A stretch of DNA of 64,000 nucleotides, from assembly GCA_964016885.1 (NCBI GenBank), contig OZ024747.1:88474001-88538000 (forward strand), written 5' to 3'. The stretch comes from Eledone cirrhosa (taxonomy: Eukaryota). Below the pieces are notes generated by a model, which had not been told where the DNA came from, made no database searches, and saw nothing but the letters and a program-made list of their open reading frames with translations. Shown piece by piece: positions 1 through 16,836 of this stretch. Position 1 is the stretch's first letter, and every line of letters starts with the position of its first letter. Both the position numbers and the translations under genes were made by a program.

Positions 1-3000
1 GTACACACTTTGACCAGAATCTGGTGTTCCTAGCTATTGTTATTCAGCATCACCATCCACTTCCCAGTCAAGCAGGTTCAATCAGACAAATGATCAAAAG
101 TATTCCAGTGTTCATTATTTCGTGCTTTTCCCGCACATAATTTATGCAGTACCATAAACTAAGTACTCTGAAAAATTGGGGCTACTTTGGAAAAAACAAA
201 AAAAAACAAAACAATGAAAACTTTATGCCATCATAGTTCCTTAAATATTATTTTGGAAAAGATGTCTTCATAAATCGAACCTTTAATTATCATTTAAACT
301 TTCTTTTAAAGCATTTTCTTTAAATGACTTTAAACTCTGTAAAATATGTAAATTATGTAGGCGACACACAGACGCTGATATATTGACTATCAACTTTCAG
401 TCTGATCAAAGGGAATAAATGTGTGTTTTGTATATATTTTTATATTTGATACATTCTTAATATATTTTTAATTGATTCTGTAAATTACATTTCAATTGGA
501 TGTATGGTTCAGTTATACAATCCGTGTAATTCAGACTTTTTGTTAATCACGTCAAAATCAGGGCTACTTTGAATGTTTAAAAATGTCCCGCGTTTTTAGT
601 ATTTGTTTCTTGTATACTGTCTATTCTTTTTAGTATTATAATTATTTATGATATAAAGCAGAAATGTTATACACTTGCTAGGTTACATATGTCTGAACAT
701 CCACTATCCTTGTCGAATATTCAATTTTACAGCCAAAAAATTCACTTATTTGCTGTTTATATTTAATTATACATTAGCATCCAATGCTAATGTATAATTA
801 AATATTCTTTTTTTGTCATAATTTCTGTGAAATTTATACTTACTTTAATTAAAATATCAATAAAATGTCTTAAACCTTTTACTCTATAGTGTATAGTTAT
901 GTTTAGTATTCAAAATAGCCAATAATTATTTTACTAATTAAGATATTTTTGCAATCTTTTGACAAAAGTCGCAGATGATAGGGCTTCTTTGAATTATCTC
1001 TATATTAGCAATATTCGTCAACAACAAATTGAGCTATGGGGCATAAAAGATACAAAATTGACGAAAATCTTCTTCTTTTAAGACTGCATGGAGTGATTTC
1101 TAGGAGATTCGACTGTTATTTCCAGCGAGTCGAGTGGCCGTGTATAGTTGCCCTCGTTGACAGGCTGCGAAAGAAACAAGTGAAGTCGAACAAGTGACAA
1201 TATATTTTATAGCTATTTATTTAGGTAACATCAACACTGTGTTAGATATAATTATATTTCAAACTTAAGGTGCTTCTTATAATTAAAATCACAAAGAAAT
1301 AGTTATAATTTTAACCACAATAGGTGAGATATAATTTTACCCAAAGCAGGATATTTATAATTCCAAATTTCCGTTGGATATATAGCCCCATGGAGGAGCC
1401 TTCCACGCCGACGTGAGGCCTTTTTAGGCCACTTGACACACACTGTATTAAAAATGGAAGCAGACATTAGATAACTTGGGTATGATGATCAAGTCTTGGA
1501 TACTTTTAACAATTTGCTTTATCTTTGACATGCGAAGAACTCGCAGCGACTTATTTCACCATGTGGTTTAATTTATTTAATTCAAACTTGTCCACATCAC
1601 ATGATCTGATCCGATGAATGAGGAAAAGCTTTACTTCCAATGAGACACTTTCATAAAGTGTCAAAGTATCTTCACTCAAGATTTTTTCTATCCCAAAGAT
1701 CAGCAATGTATTTTCTCACTCCTGTGAAACTTTAAGTAATGCAATTCTACAAGACATGTTGAATGCACTTTTCTTTCATTTGTATATCCAGCTTTCTTTC
1801 TCTCTCTCAAACACACATACACACACACACACACATATATATATGTGTGTGGGTGGGGTGGGGGTGTATATAAAGACTAGTTAGTGTGAACAAGAGACAG
1901 ATCCCAACAGAATTACATCAATTAACTCTCTGTTAAACATGGATAGGTAACGTAGAAACCAGAAATTTCTTATTCTGAAGATACAATTATAGTTATTGTG
2001 GCTTAATATATTCAGGATTCACTGCAGAATATTTCTTTTCGCATCTATTGTTCAATTTCAATGTGTTATAGGCAATATAGATTTTCTACTCACTAAATGA
2101 CATATTCTCATGAATATACAATAACATGTCTTTCTTTTATCAGATTGTGATCTAATGACTGTATATACCAGAAAAAAGAACAGCAACAAATGCAATCTAA
2201 CAAATGCTATCACTGTCAATAGAGTTTGATTACAGTAATGGCGTCGTTAGAGTGAGAAGAGAATCAATAAATATTAGACAGAACATCATCCAGTCGGAAA
2301 CAACGATTCTGTTGCTTCTTTAATAATGTTGCAATGGAATTTAGCCCTTTTAGTTAGGTCTGAATAAAAGATACGAATCATTAATGTCTCATTTTATTGT
2401 TCTCTATAATTTTGGGTATTCTGTTTTCCTATGTAAATGGACATACATTGGATGCTAAGATATTAAAGATATGTTTCATTAACGGGAAGTTATCCAGTAT
2501 TGAATATTAATATCGTAACTTTAATATGACACTTTCTTTATTGAGCTTTCATGATAGCTGACAGCATTTGATAGACAATTTATTAAGGGGCCATACCGAA
2601 TCATGCCATATCTAAACAGATTACGAAATATATTACATTTAGTTCGTTTTTAGTGTAGTGATTCCAGTAGCCTCTTTAGAGACCACAGATAGAAGTTTTG
2701 AAGCTTATAAATAATAGCAAATTCCCAATAACTAAGAATCAAGCAATCACTCACATTGGAAAGAGTGTTTTTTTCTCATTATACTCTAGGAGAGGACAAG
2801 ACAATTGTGAACTATAATTAGATAAATTAATAATTTAATGTACGTCTGTGCAAAACTCTTAATAATATAGATATAATAACTCAATATACCAAGGTATTTC
2901 TGGGAACTTTATGCAAGATAATTTTGTGCCCTTCCCACCTTCTTCAGAGGGTACGAGTTTTCTGACGTCCACATTTTACATCATAGAATACCGATCTAAT

Positions 3001-3339
3001 GAGTCACAATGATTGTTTATAGAATTAACGTGTTACAATTAAAAAAGAAAAAAACCTACGAGCTATTCCCCATCCTCTCAGAAAATGATGATAGATGACA
3101 CCTGTTTGATAGTTTATGCGAAAATATTGGAAATGGTACAGAGTGGAATTAAGAACAAATTTATACTAAGGAAGTGATGTTATATAAACCGGTTGACATG
3201 AAATCCAATTAACAAAATACAGAATATAGAAATAAAATATAAAATATGATAGGTAAAAATTAGACAGAAAATGAGTTTAATTGTAAAGATAACGAAATAG
3301 GGTTTTAAAAATTGAAAATAATTCAATGATAATGGATGT

Positions 3340-3393
3340 GCGTCTTGATATTTTTGCTGTTGAAATGTGTATTCATTTTTGGGTTGGGACACC

Positions 3394-3398
<5 letters not shown>
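3340..3398. mobile_element. Tc1/mariner-type transposon end abutting (TA)n
   Basis: Ends ...GGGACACCCTG-TA, the same terminus as the MITE at 41728-41808. Confidence 0.5.
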
Positions 3399-3442
<44 letters not shown>

Positions 3443-5090
3443 CATCATCATACGTTGGGAAATTCGTTTGTTAGCAATAATGATGTTTTTCTAAGGATCG
3501 ATGCAGTTTTTCAAGTATTACAACTGCATCAAACGAAGCTTATCTTTATTCAAAAACGAGACAAATAAGAATAAACGAGTAGCAGAGAATGTATTGCGCT
3601 GATTATTTTAAACCATGTTGACCTATATAAATAAATCCCACTCTCACTGCAATGTTTTAAAGTGTACCAATAGAAGTGTACCATTTCGGACTATAGGATT
3701 CCTCGTAGTTACTTGCTTCTCACTATCTGAACACTCCTAAAGGGAGTTTCGATGTTGAGATTGCAATGATAGTTTCGACTGAATTTAGTTTTTCTTACTC
3801 AGCATATTCATAGTGTAAGTCTATTCGTATGTATATACGTCATGCAGAGTTTGTACCTCAAACACTTTCGAAGCTTATTATTAACTCACATAATCAGCGC
3901 AAAATTTCTTTCACTTTCCCTATATCTATGTAGTGTAATGGCAGCGTGAATATGTTTCGCTGAGAAGATCTAATAAAATCAAAACATGTGCATTGATCGC
4001 ACCACCTGGGCTTAAAGAAAAACATCCACTCCCACTGAGTTGTTTTAAATTATTCCAAAAGACGTAATAGCCCAGACTGTAGATCTCCCCATTTGCTTTC
4101 ATCACTGGCACACTTCTAATGAAGTTTTGGTCTAGAATTTGCAAGGATATGAGAGAGAGAGTGGGAGGGTGAGGGAAAGAGAGATGGAAAGGTAGGGGAA
4201 AGAGATGGAGAGGGAGGGGAGGGGAGGGGGAGAGAGAGGGTGTTTGAAAGATTCAGTGTGTGTTATGCATAAATATAGACAAACAGACCCATGTATGAGA
4301 ACAGTGAAATACTTAAAACGCAGTTAAACACTTTGAATATTGATATAACTGATTATAAAAGTGAAAGCAAGAGAGATAAGTGTATTCATAAGAGACCATT
4401 CTTTTGTCAGATTGTTGATGTCCCGATGTCAGCTCATATACAGCTGACCCATCATCGAAAACATTCCAACAATGGCCATCCTGCCCTTTTAAGGTGTGGT
4501 GGACAAACGTATCTAATTGTTTATCTAATTGTTTATCTTCTTATTTAAGACGACGTTTTGAGTGTGATTTGGCTACTATTCCTAGCATATTTAGTGTCTT
4601 CGTAGAAAGTATTTTGTTCGCTCGTCCTTTGTGAATAAGAAATCAATTTTAAAAATAGACCAACCTAGATATAGGCGTGTTGGAGAGCTGAGCAAATTTT
4701 AAATTTTATCTAGATATTATCACGTTGCAGGTGATAATATAATAGCTTTATCGGATATCGTTTGAACACTAAATAATTGGATGTTTGTATGGGTTTTTGT
4801 ATATACTTGGAAAAATCCAATTGATATTCGCTAAGCTCTTCAATGAGAAAGATGATCCATTCTAATGTCTTTATTAGAAGATTTCTAGTGATCTTATACC
4901 TAGCAACTATATGCTGCTGATGAGGGGGGATAAAATAGTATGAAATATAGTCTTGTACAGCGTAATTAAGTAGGTCGATTAAAAGTATTTCCAACAAAAA
5001 TGTCGCTACACATGTTCACTTCCTTTTATTTACAAAGATCCATGGATAGTGGAACCGGGTAAAAGAGAGAGATTAGCGTAGCAAAGTGAA

Positions 5091-5295
5091 GGCGCGTGGC
5101 TTTGTGATGAGGTAGTGTCATCGGATCACAATCGTAAGGTCATTATTTCGATTACCGGTGGTGCGTTGTGTCCTTGAGCAAGACACTTTATTTCACGTTG
5201 CTCCAGTCCACTCAGCTGGCAAAAATGTACCTGTATTTCGAAGGATCAACCATTTGCACGTTAATTTCATGAGCAGGCGCTTCCGTTGATCGGAT
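5091..5295 (+). mobile_element. tRNA-derived CORE-type SINE (octopus OR-like), family A
   Basis: Degenerate A/B box head then GTGTCCTTGAGCAAGACACTT CORE-like box and CACGTTGCTCCAGT..CTCAGCTG; related copies elsewhere in window. Confidence 0.75.
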
Positions 5296-5344
5296 CAACT
5301 GGAACACTCGGCGGTGAATTTAGAACGTCAATTAGCGTGCTTAG

Positions 5345-5780
5345 TGGTATTCGAATACAAATATCACCAAGGTCAACTTTGCCTTTCATCCTTTCGAGAT
5401 TAAAAAAGGTACCAGTTTAGTACTGGGGTAAATGTTTGCTCTATATTTCTTTTTCTCTTGCTCTTTTTCATTCTCTATCTTTCTATGGAAGAAATCTGCT
5501 GAATTCAGACATGAAGAGGAGATGGACTTCGTCAGGCTTAAAATGCCCAAGAAACGATGTATATCTCACTACAGCGCCTCTACAACTCCATATATACATA
5601 TTATAAACAATTCACTCGAAATAACCCTTTACATTCTGAGTTCGAATCCCGCCCAAGTTAGCTTTGCCTTTCATCCTTACGAGGTCGATAAAATAAAAAA
5701 ACAGTAATGCACTGGAGTCGATTAAATCGACTCGCACCTCCCCCAAAATTGCTGGCCTTGTACTTATAGTAGAAATCATT
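5345..5780 (+). mobile_element. Two SINE family B fragments (Meta-domain-like)
   Basis: CTTTGCCTTTCATCCTT..GAG.TC.ATAAAA.A.GTACCAG core; second copy ends AATTGCTGGCCTTGT. Confidence 0.7.
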
Positions 5781-5781
5781 A

Positions 5782-6765
5782 TCCTTAGCATTATAGACTG
5801 AATACAGAGCAAACATTTCTGTGCTTTTGAACTTAAAATCAGGCCTACTCCTCCAATAGTTGAAATAGACACAAGTTTCCAGCCTTTTCTTAAATTATAA
5901 TATTTGATTATATCACCAGGATGGTAATAACGAAGTTCTTGAACACATGTATCTTCAAACTTGCAAAGTTTGTAGAGTGCTGTAAGTTCATTTATTCTCC
6001 TAGTGTTATTGAAAGCCCGAGTGTTGAAAAAAGTAACATTTATATAATTCTTGCATTTCAGTGGGGATCCAGTAACCTTATTTTTCACCCTCCCCTTGTT
6101 GTCCATCAGGGGGCGCGCTTCTTGTTGACCTGGTGAATCATGTGGTTGTTCCGTCATGGTTTGTTTTTCAGTTACTAATTGGAACAGGTGGTGCAGCTCC
6201 TCCTGTAAACGTGTAGTTATCTGCTAAATAGAGCGTGTGTGCTTATCCATTGTCAAAAGAGATAACCATTTACACAGTTACAACGTGCCTCGTGTCAATT
6301 CAACAGATTGTCATTGTCTGCCAGCTTGAACTACTGTATATCCACAGGAAATATACAAGTTTATAAAGGTTGACTCTTTTTCGTCGTATCCCTCGTTACC
6401 CCTCGCAAGACAGATCGCATGCCCATCGCCAATTTTCACAGCATGATGCGGTTTGACTGCCTTTGTTGTGTATAGCCATATTGCAGTGTTTTTGGTGGTC
6501 TTATTCGTACCAATCATCAATCTGGTACTTTTTGCAGACCCGCGAAAACAAGGCTTTTTTTACAGGCGGCCTTTACTCGCCTCGTCGTAGCTACGTTACT
6601 GGGTTGTGAAAGTATACTTGGAAGCTGAAGATGTCACCCATTGCTCCATCTCCTCTAGTAGTTTACCGCTATTAGATTGCTTATTTGTCCGGCAGATAGC
6701 GGCTATTATCGCAACTAACCAACATATCTGGTAGCCGTATCACTATCCGCCACCTGCGACCCGTT
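5782..6765 (-). mobile_element. RTE-clade LINE 5' fragment with decayed APE endonuclease N-terminus
   Basis: ORF 5612-6157: FNTRAF, CVQELR, GGVGLIL motifs; 5' region GGTCGCAGGTGGCGGATAG...CCAGATAT...GTTGCGATAA resembles RTE 5' ends. Confidence 0.7.
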
Positions 6766-7285
6766 CTCTAACAGAATAGTTCTGATGAGCCATAATAAAG
6801 AATTTGTAAGCTCTACTTCGTTATTGAGTGTTCATTCTCACATCCGCAATATCTCACAGATATATGTTTGTGTGTGTGTGTATGTGTGTGTGTATGTTTA
6901 TGTGAGTATGTGTGTGTGTTTATGTGTGTATGTGTATGTGTGTGTGTTCATGTGAGTGTATGTGTGTGCCACTTCATCTCTCTCCAAGTTTTAATCCCAT
7001 TTTCTGTTTTCCTATTTCAGTTGTAGCTCTTTTATTATCTCTTTTATAATTCATTACCTGACCTTATATTTTCAATTTCTTTACAATTCTGTTTTACTAA
7101 ACTACTTTTTTCTATTCTATTTAAATTCTGATATATATTTCTCCTCTTTCCTATTTCACTTTTTCTTCTTTGTTATAAAGTTCTTATAAAGTATCTTTAT
7201 TTCTTTTCAGATGTTTTTCCTCTTGCTTTCTCAAATCTACGTGCACACACACACACACACACAATACATATACACGTACATACAT

Positions 7286-7868
<583 letters not shown>

Positions 7869-8158
7869 TACATATATATACATACATATATACATACACA
7901 TACACATACACACATACACATACACATACATATACATATACACATACATATATACATACACATACACATACATATATATATATACATACATATATATATA
8001 TATACACATACACACACACACATACATACATATATACATATATACACATACATATATGCATACACATATACATACATATATATATATATACACATACACA
8101 TATATATATATACACATACACACACATATACACATACATACACATATATACACATACA

Positions 8159-8192
<34 letters not shown>

Positions 8193-8627
8193 CATACACA
8201 CATATATATACATATACATATACATATATATACATATACACACATATATATACATACACATATACATATATATATATATACACACACACATACGCACACA
8301 TATATATATATATATATATATACATATATACATACACACAGATATATATATATATATGTATGTATATATATGCATATATACACATATATACACATACATA
8401 TATATATACATATATATACACACATACATACATACATACATATACATATATATATATATACATATATATATATACATATATATACATACACATACACACA
8501 CACATACATATACATACATACATATATACATATACATACACACATACATATATATATACACACACATACATATATATATATATACATACATATATATACA
8601 CATACATACACACACATATATATATAC

Positions 8628-8659
<32 letters not shown>

Positions 8660-9205
8660 ATATACACATACATACACACACATATACATATACATATATA
8701 TACATACACACATACACACATACATACATATATATATACATACATACATACATACATACATACACATACATATATACACACACACACACATATATATATA
8801 CATACATACATATACATATACATACATACATATATACATACATACATATATACATACATACATATATATATATACACACATACACACATACATACATACA
8901 CATATACATACATACACACATACATACATATATATATACATACATACATATATATATATACATACATACATACACACATACATACATATATATATATATA
9001 CATACATACATATATATATATACATATACACACACACATACATACATACATACACACATACATACATATACACATACACACATACATACATACATATATA
9101 CACACACATATATATATACACATACATACATATATACATACACATACATATATACATACACATAGATATATATATACACATATATACATATACATATATA
9201 TATAC

Positions 9206-9618
9206 ATGGTGGCTGCCAACTCGTTTTCGAGTACGGCCACTACTTTATATCCATATAGGAGAACCCCTACCGATGCGCCGAACGGGTGTGACTTTTTAGT
9301 CCAGCCAGCGACTTGAAAACTCTGGAACAAACACTACACCTGTGACAATTATTGACACATAGTGCTGGGCCCATGGCACCATGTGACGACAAGTGCAGAG
9401 AGATCTCCAGATATAAAGCAATGCCTGTGCCGTGAAGCTTTTATAGTGAGCAAAGGCACTGCACAAAGCCAGTCCCACTCTCTTAACCAAGATGATATTT
9501 ACCAAAAAGAAGAACAAGTCAACATCATTGGATACCATCAGAGTCGCAGGTGTTATATCAGAGTTTTCCTTCTCCTAGAATTCTGCCTTGACAAAGGCTA
9601 AGGGGTCATCTCTCCCGG
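9206..9618 (-). pseudogene. Copy 2 of the same RT-like fragment
   Basis: Direct repeat of 7418-7830 with about 16 substitutions. Confidence 0.4.
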
Positions 9619-9706
9619 ATATATATATATATATATATATATACATACATACATACATATATATATACATACATATACATACATACATATATATACATAC
9701 ATATAC

Positions 9707-9740
<34 letters not shown>

Positions 9741-9818
9741 ATACATACATATATACATATATACATACATATATACATATATACATACATATATACATAC
9801 ATATATATATATATATAC

Positions 9819-9897
<79 letters not shown>

Positions 9898-9936
9898 CAT
9901 ACATACATATATATATACATACATATACATACATAC

Positions 9937-10050
<114 letters not shown>

Positions 10051-11127
10051 CACTACGTCTCACTTTACACATTCCACATTCCGAAATCTCTGCTACACGC
10101 TACAACGGTTTTAGATCATTCAACGTATTCATAAGCTTGTATTTGTATTATTAATATTGTTGGTGTTTCCCTTTTGTCTATCTGATTTATTCATGACTGA
10201 ATTCATTCCTCCGTATTATTGTGTCGTTGGTTTCTTATTTATTCTGAAAGATGAACAGATTTCTGGAAAAGCAGGCCTCATGTTTAGATCTACGGACTAT
10301 AAATTATCAAGGTTTCTTCCCTCATCCGTTCTTACTCAGTCTCCCGATACCTCAGTGTTTGTGTTTACTTTTCTCTGTCTTATTTTACCGATCGAACTAT
10401 CATAAAATATGTTTTTACCTTTTTGTGTATGTATATGTGCGCGTATGTGTGCGAGTGTGTGTGCGTGTTGTGTGTGGGTGTGTATGTGTAAAGAAAGAAT
10501 CGATCGCACCAAGGAAGCTGTGTTTCAACTGGTCTTCTTATTTTTAATATCTTTAAAGCGTTCGCGTGAGTGTATAAAGAAAGAAATTGATCGTTAAATC
10601 GGACCAAGAAAACTATATTTCATTGGTCGTTCCATGCCTGATACTATGGACCGGTAGCTCTTTATTGGTTGGGAAATAAGGTTACTGGGAAAAGCTATTT
10701 TGGCTGTAACCTATTCCATTAAACTTCTATTTTCTGAATGCTATCCGCCTTAATCCTATGCGGAAGTTTGACGTCATTCTGAGTCCATCGTCATGAAGGG
10801 TTCAGTGGAGGTACTAGATGCTACTGTCTCCCCACTCCATCTTAGATTCAGAAAATTTACGGTGATATGATGATATGCTTATTCTGAAACTTCACTTTAG
10901 AATTGGAGTGCCAGCATAGGATGTCCTGAAGCACCCTCCCCCGAGCACCAAAGCCTAGTGAAGAGCCTACATCATTTCTGTTTTTTTTCATTTTGTTTGT
11001 CTTCGATTGAAGAGAATACAGAAAGACAGAACAAAGAGAAAGAGGGGAGTGTTGAGTATATTCGTATTGAATGGCACTGGGCTTCCTCAGGGTATTTATT
11101 TAATATACTACCTATATCTTCGCGTAT

Positions 11128-11272
11128 ATATATCCCGGCGCCGAAGACGCACCCTAATTTTAACAATCAAAAATAAAAAAAAATAGTAAACAACCTTCGG
11201 CCTCCAGAACGCATGGTAGATTTTTGAGACTTATTTTAGGAAAAAAGTAGCGTCTTCGACGCCGGAAAATAC

Positions 11273-11276
<4 letters not shown>
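11128..11276. mobile_element. pogo/Tigger-type MITE
   Basis: Inverted ends CCGGCGCCGAAGACGC / GCGTCTTCGACGCCGGAAAATACGG-TA. Confidence 0.6.
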
Positions 11277-11310
<34 letters not shown>

Positions 11311-11342
11311 ACATTTTCCGGTGTCGAAGACGCTACTTTTTT

Positions 11343-11411
<69 letters not shown>

Positions 11412-11456
11412 AAGTTAAATAAAAAGTCAAATGTTTAAAATTTAGCTTCGTTTATT

Positions 11457-11511
11457 ACTGCTATATATATTTCGGTGACAGCCATCTTTGGCTGTGACCT
11501 CTTCAGGCAGT
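11457..11511 (-). ncRNA. Type I hammerhead ribozyme (minimal)
   Basis: ACTGC-CTGAAGA-GGTCACAGCCA/TGGCTGTCACC-GAAA-TATATA-TA-GCAGT. Confidence 0.8.
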
Positions 11512-11747
11512 CCGAATTAGTGTGGTAGAGACGAGTACACATGTTGTTGAGGTGTTTAACTTTGTCAATACTCTGATATGTCTAGTTCCTGGTTGGGTTG
11601 TTATTTCACTGAGGAACTGGAATCATAATGATATGATTCCAGTTCCTCAGTGAAATAACAACCCAACAAGGAACTGGGCATATCAGAGTATTGACAAAGT
11701 TAAACACCTCAACAACATATGTACTTGTCTATACCACACTAATTCGA

Positions 11748-11802
11748 ACTGCCTGAAGAGGTCACAGCCAAAGATGGCTGTCACTGAAATATATATAGCA
11801 GT
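11748..11802 (+). ncRNA. Type I hammerhead ribozyme (minimal)
   Basis: ACTGC-CTGAAGA-stem II-GAAA-TATATA-TA-GCAGT, then AATAAA. Confidence 0.8.
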
Positions 11803-11943
11803 AATAAACGAAGCTAAATTTTAAACATTTGACTTTATTTAACTTTATTTTACACTACTCCGGAGTAACCAAACCAACCTGCGCACTTCGTCGAGTGCTC
11901 CAGCCTGCATACTGAGGTGTTGGTATACAACCAACATATACTC

Positions 11944-12103
<160 letters not shown>

Positions 12104-12771
12104 TAGATAATTTACAGTGTTTAGAAGAAAATAAAGTAAATGAGGAGGCAGTGAAACAAGAATTAGAAGAAGAGGAAGTAAAGAAAAAGAAAAGAGAAGA
12201 CGAAGACGAATAAGAACAAATCAGCATTCAAGAAGATATATTTGAATAGGACATCTCAGTATGTTCGATAATGTGTTTTTGTTTTGCTTTTGCCTTTCCT
12301 GAAAAGAAATATGTACTGAGGTATATATATGACCGAAGAAAGAATTCAAGGCAGGGTTCCAACATGGTCACGGTTCAATGCCTGAAACTAATAACAGAAT
12401 AAAAGAATATATGTTTCTTTCAAACAACGTATATTTTAGAATATCTTCTATAAGAAATTGAGGTCCACAATAACGACAAAATCCAACATATCAATACATG
12501 GACGTCGATCTAAAAACATTCTTAGCGATACAAGTTTTTAGTAATGGATAGCTTGGAGCAAAATGCAGATTCTTTTTTAAATAATACAGATAATGGATAC
12601 TTTTAGACATTGCATCACCATCGATATCTTCATTTCCAATGCACACAACCAATAGCAAAGTTGTATACTAATTTATATACGCGTTTTATAAATATGCAAG
12701 TGTTTGTATATGCTACATTGTAAACATAGATTGTAGAGATGACATTTTTCAGTGAGTATTTGTGAATATTT

Positions 12772-13153
12772 CGAGAGAGAGAGAGTGAGAGAGAGAGAGA
12801 GAGAGGATGAGAGGGGCTGAGAGAGAGAGAGGCCGAGTGAGTGAAAGAGAGAGAGAAAGTATGCGAGTGAGTGAGAGAGAGTGAGAGAGTAGGCGAGGGA
12901 GTGAGACAGAGAGAGGCCGAGTGAGTGAAAGAGAGAGAGAAAGTAGGCGAGTGAGTGAGAGAGAGTGAGAGAGTAGGCGAGGGAGTGAGACAGAGAGAGG
13001 CCGAGTGAGTGAAAGAGAGAGAGAAAGTATGCGAGTGAGTGAGAGAGAGTGAGAGAGTAGGCGAGGAGTGAGACAGAGAGAGGCCGAGTGAGTGAAAGAG
13101 AGAGAGAAAGTAGGCGAGTGAGTGAGAGAGAGTGAGAGAGTAGGCGAGGGAGT

Positions 13154-13191
<38 letters not shown>

Positions 13192-13216
13192 GCGAGTGAG
13201 TGAGACAGAGAGAGAA
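12772..13216. repeat. Purine-rich minisatellite, about 84-bp unit, about 4 copies
   Basis: GAGAGGCCGAGTGAGTGAAAG... recurs at about 84-bp spacing. Confidence 0.9.
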
Positions 13217-13239
13217 TGTACTTGTAGAATATATCCCCC

Positions 13240-14215
13240 CCAAGAACACGTCTTCTTTACTTCAACAAATGGATTAAAGCAGAATAGCTTGCATCCACGC
13301 ATATTATCTGAGACGAATATGAAAGCAATCAATGGAGGAGGGTAAAGGTACAGTTCGAAACTTCTGGAAAACATTCAGTGTTTTGGATGCTGCGGATAAC
13401 ATGCCGGAGTCAAGGGATGAAGTGAAATCCTAACTATGAACCAGTCTTTGGAAAGTATATGCCCAGACTCTATCCGTGACCTCACAAGTTTTCCATAAGT
13501 AGAACGTCTACATAAAATCCGAAAAGATATTGGTGACATTGGCAGATCATGTTGGATTGAATTAGTCGTAGAGGATTAATGAAATTGTGTTGCTAGAATC
13601 TCACAGATAAAGTATATTTAAAGAAGAGCTGAATCAGCAAGAACAAGAACAAGAACAAACTGCAAGACAAAAGAACAAAGAAATCCTACCTACTTCACTT
13701 AAATTGACTCCAAAGAATATTGCCTAAGTGTGAACCTATAGAGAAAGGTCGCAACATTTTGCTGACAATTCTATTTGTGAATTACAATAGTTTATGCCCT
13801 ACACTGAGCGGTATGAAGAACTGTCGTGCGATAAACATCGAATAACTTTCGAGCATTGCCTTACCTCTCAAGCAGATGTTCTTGACGATGTAGTAGTGTA
13901 CGACAGAAAATACTCTCCCTCACCTTTCCAGTAACCTCATTCACCCATCTCCCTCACACTGCAATCAACACTTTTTGTGATGAGAAGAACTATAATGCGA
14001 TATTACGATTCTTTAAATTTCTATGCATACATAGTGTATTGTGTGCGTTTAAAATGTATCTTTAGGCATAACAGAGGTTGTATACTGTTTGTTTTTTTCT
14101 GAATTTATAACATTAATTTTATAAAATTAATGGGATAAAAAATTTCGCCTACTGAGATTTCCCATAACGACAACATTCTAAGTACCACTTCATTTCTTCT
14201 GCCGCTTATACGAAT
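13240..14215 (+). mobile_element. Decayed Tigger/pogo transposase C-terminal region
   Basis: About 13350-13450 reads TVRNFWKTFSVLDAADNM..SRDEVK (cf. FWKxFxILDAIxNIxxSWxEVK); right boundary uncertain. Confidence 0.55.
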
Positions 14216-14429
14216 TTAAATAATATAATATATATATAGCAATATTCATAGATGTGAAAAAGAAAAATACTGGTCAATCGGGAAGACAACAAAGATTTTA
14301 TAGTATTTATTTATGTTCATACACGGAATAAAGAACTAACCAAAGTTTCAAGGCCCAATATTGACTACACCTCAAGAATACTCTTGGGAAGCCATTTTAT
14401 TCCGTGTAAATAAAAATATATATATAGGG

Positions 14430-14585
14430 ACCCCAGTCCTATGATCCCATTTCTACAGCTGAGTAAACTGGAGCAACGTGAAATAAAGTGTCTTGCTCAA
14501 GGATACATCACCCAGTCCGAGCTTTGAACTTACAACCTTTCGATTGCAAGCCCAATGCTCTAACGACTAAGCCATACGCCTTCAC
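14430..14585 (-). mobile_element. SINE family A
   Basis: Reverse complement GGCGTATGGCTTAGTCGTTAG (A box)...GTTCAAAGC (B box)...CCTTGAGCAAGACACTT. Confidence 0.75.
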
Positions 14586-14695
14586 TATACATATATATAT
14601 ACATACATATATATATATACATATATATATACATATATATATATATACATATATATATACATATACATATATATATATACATATACATATACATA

Positions 14696-14785
<90 letters not shown>

Positions 14786-14798
14786 CATATATATATAC

Positions 14799-14831
<33 letters not shown>

Positions 14832-14880
14832 CATATACATATACATATATATATATATACATATATATATATACATATAC

Positions 14881-14955
<75 letters not shown>

Positions 14956-14958
14956 CAC

Positions 14959-14989
<31 letters not shown>

Positions 14990-15257
14990 CACATATATAT
15001 ATATACATATATATATATATACATATATATACATATACATATATATATATACATATATATACATATACATATATATACATATATATATATACATATATAT
15101 ACACATATATATATATACATATATATTTATATATACATATATATTTATATATACATATATATATATACATATATATTTATATATACATATATATATACAT
15201 ATATATTTATATATACATATACATATACATATATATTTATATATACATATACATATA

Positions 15258-15627
<370 letters not shown>

Positions 15628-15628
15628 C

Positions 15629-15758
<130 letters not shown>

Positions 15759-15859
15759 ATATACATATACATATATATATATATATACATATACATATAC
15801 ATATACATATATATTTATATATACATATACATATATATTTATATATACATATACATATA

Positions 15860-15941
<82 letters not shown>

Positions 15942-15989
15942 TATTTATATATACATATACATATATATTTATATATACATATACATATA

Positions 15990-16026
<37 letters not shown>

Positions 16027-16069
16027 TTATATATACATATACATATATATTTATATATACATATACATA

Positions 16070-16261
<192 letters not shown>

Positions 16262-16270
16262 TATATATAC

Positions 16271-16420
<150 letters not shown>

Positions 16421-16432
16421 ATATACATATAC

Positions 16433-16464
<32 letters not shown>

Positions 16465-16474
16465 ATACATATAC

Positions 16475-16553
<79 letters not shown>

Positions 16554-16575
16554 CATATATATATACATATACATA

Positions 16576-16644
<69 letters not shown>

Positions 16645-16646
<2 letters not shown>

Positions 16647-16836
16647 CGAAGGAAATGTGGTAAGGAACCAGTTGGACCATAACGCACCAAAGTACTCAAT
16701 ACTTGAGGTAGTAGAGTGGGTAATAGGAACCAGTAAGACCCCGACAGCTGAGCTCAAGCCGTTTCGACGGCTAATTCTGGACCAGAATTAGCCGTCGAAA
16801 CGGCTTGAGCTCAGCTGTCGGGGTCTTACTGGTTCC

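Noticed and set aside
2286-2359. Possible minus-strand terminal exon (TTTTATTCAG acceptor; LTKRAKFHCNIIKEATESLFPTG*)
   Set aside because: Short, no recognisable homology or partner exons
4913-4961. GCTG-CTGATGA...GAAA...TA-CAGC hammerhead-like string
   Set aside because: Stem II cannot pair; at best a very decayed relic
3926-4997. Minus-strand ORFs of 72 and 95 aa
   Set aside because: No recognisable motifs; length compatible with chance
6781-6800. CTGATGAGCC; also a lone GAAACACTTGTA half near 40852-40870 (minus) and a degenerate motif near 14335-14380
   Set aside because: Only half-motifs; not called ribozymes
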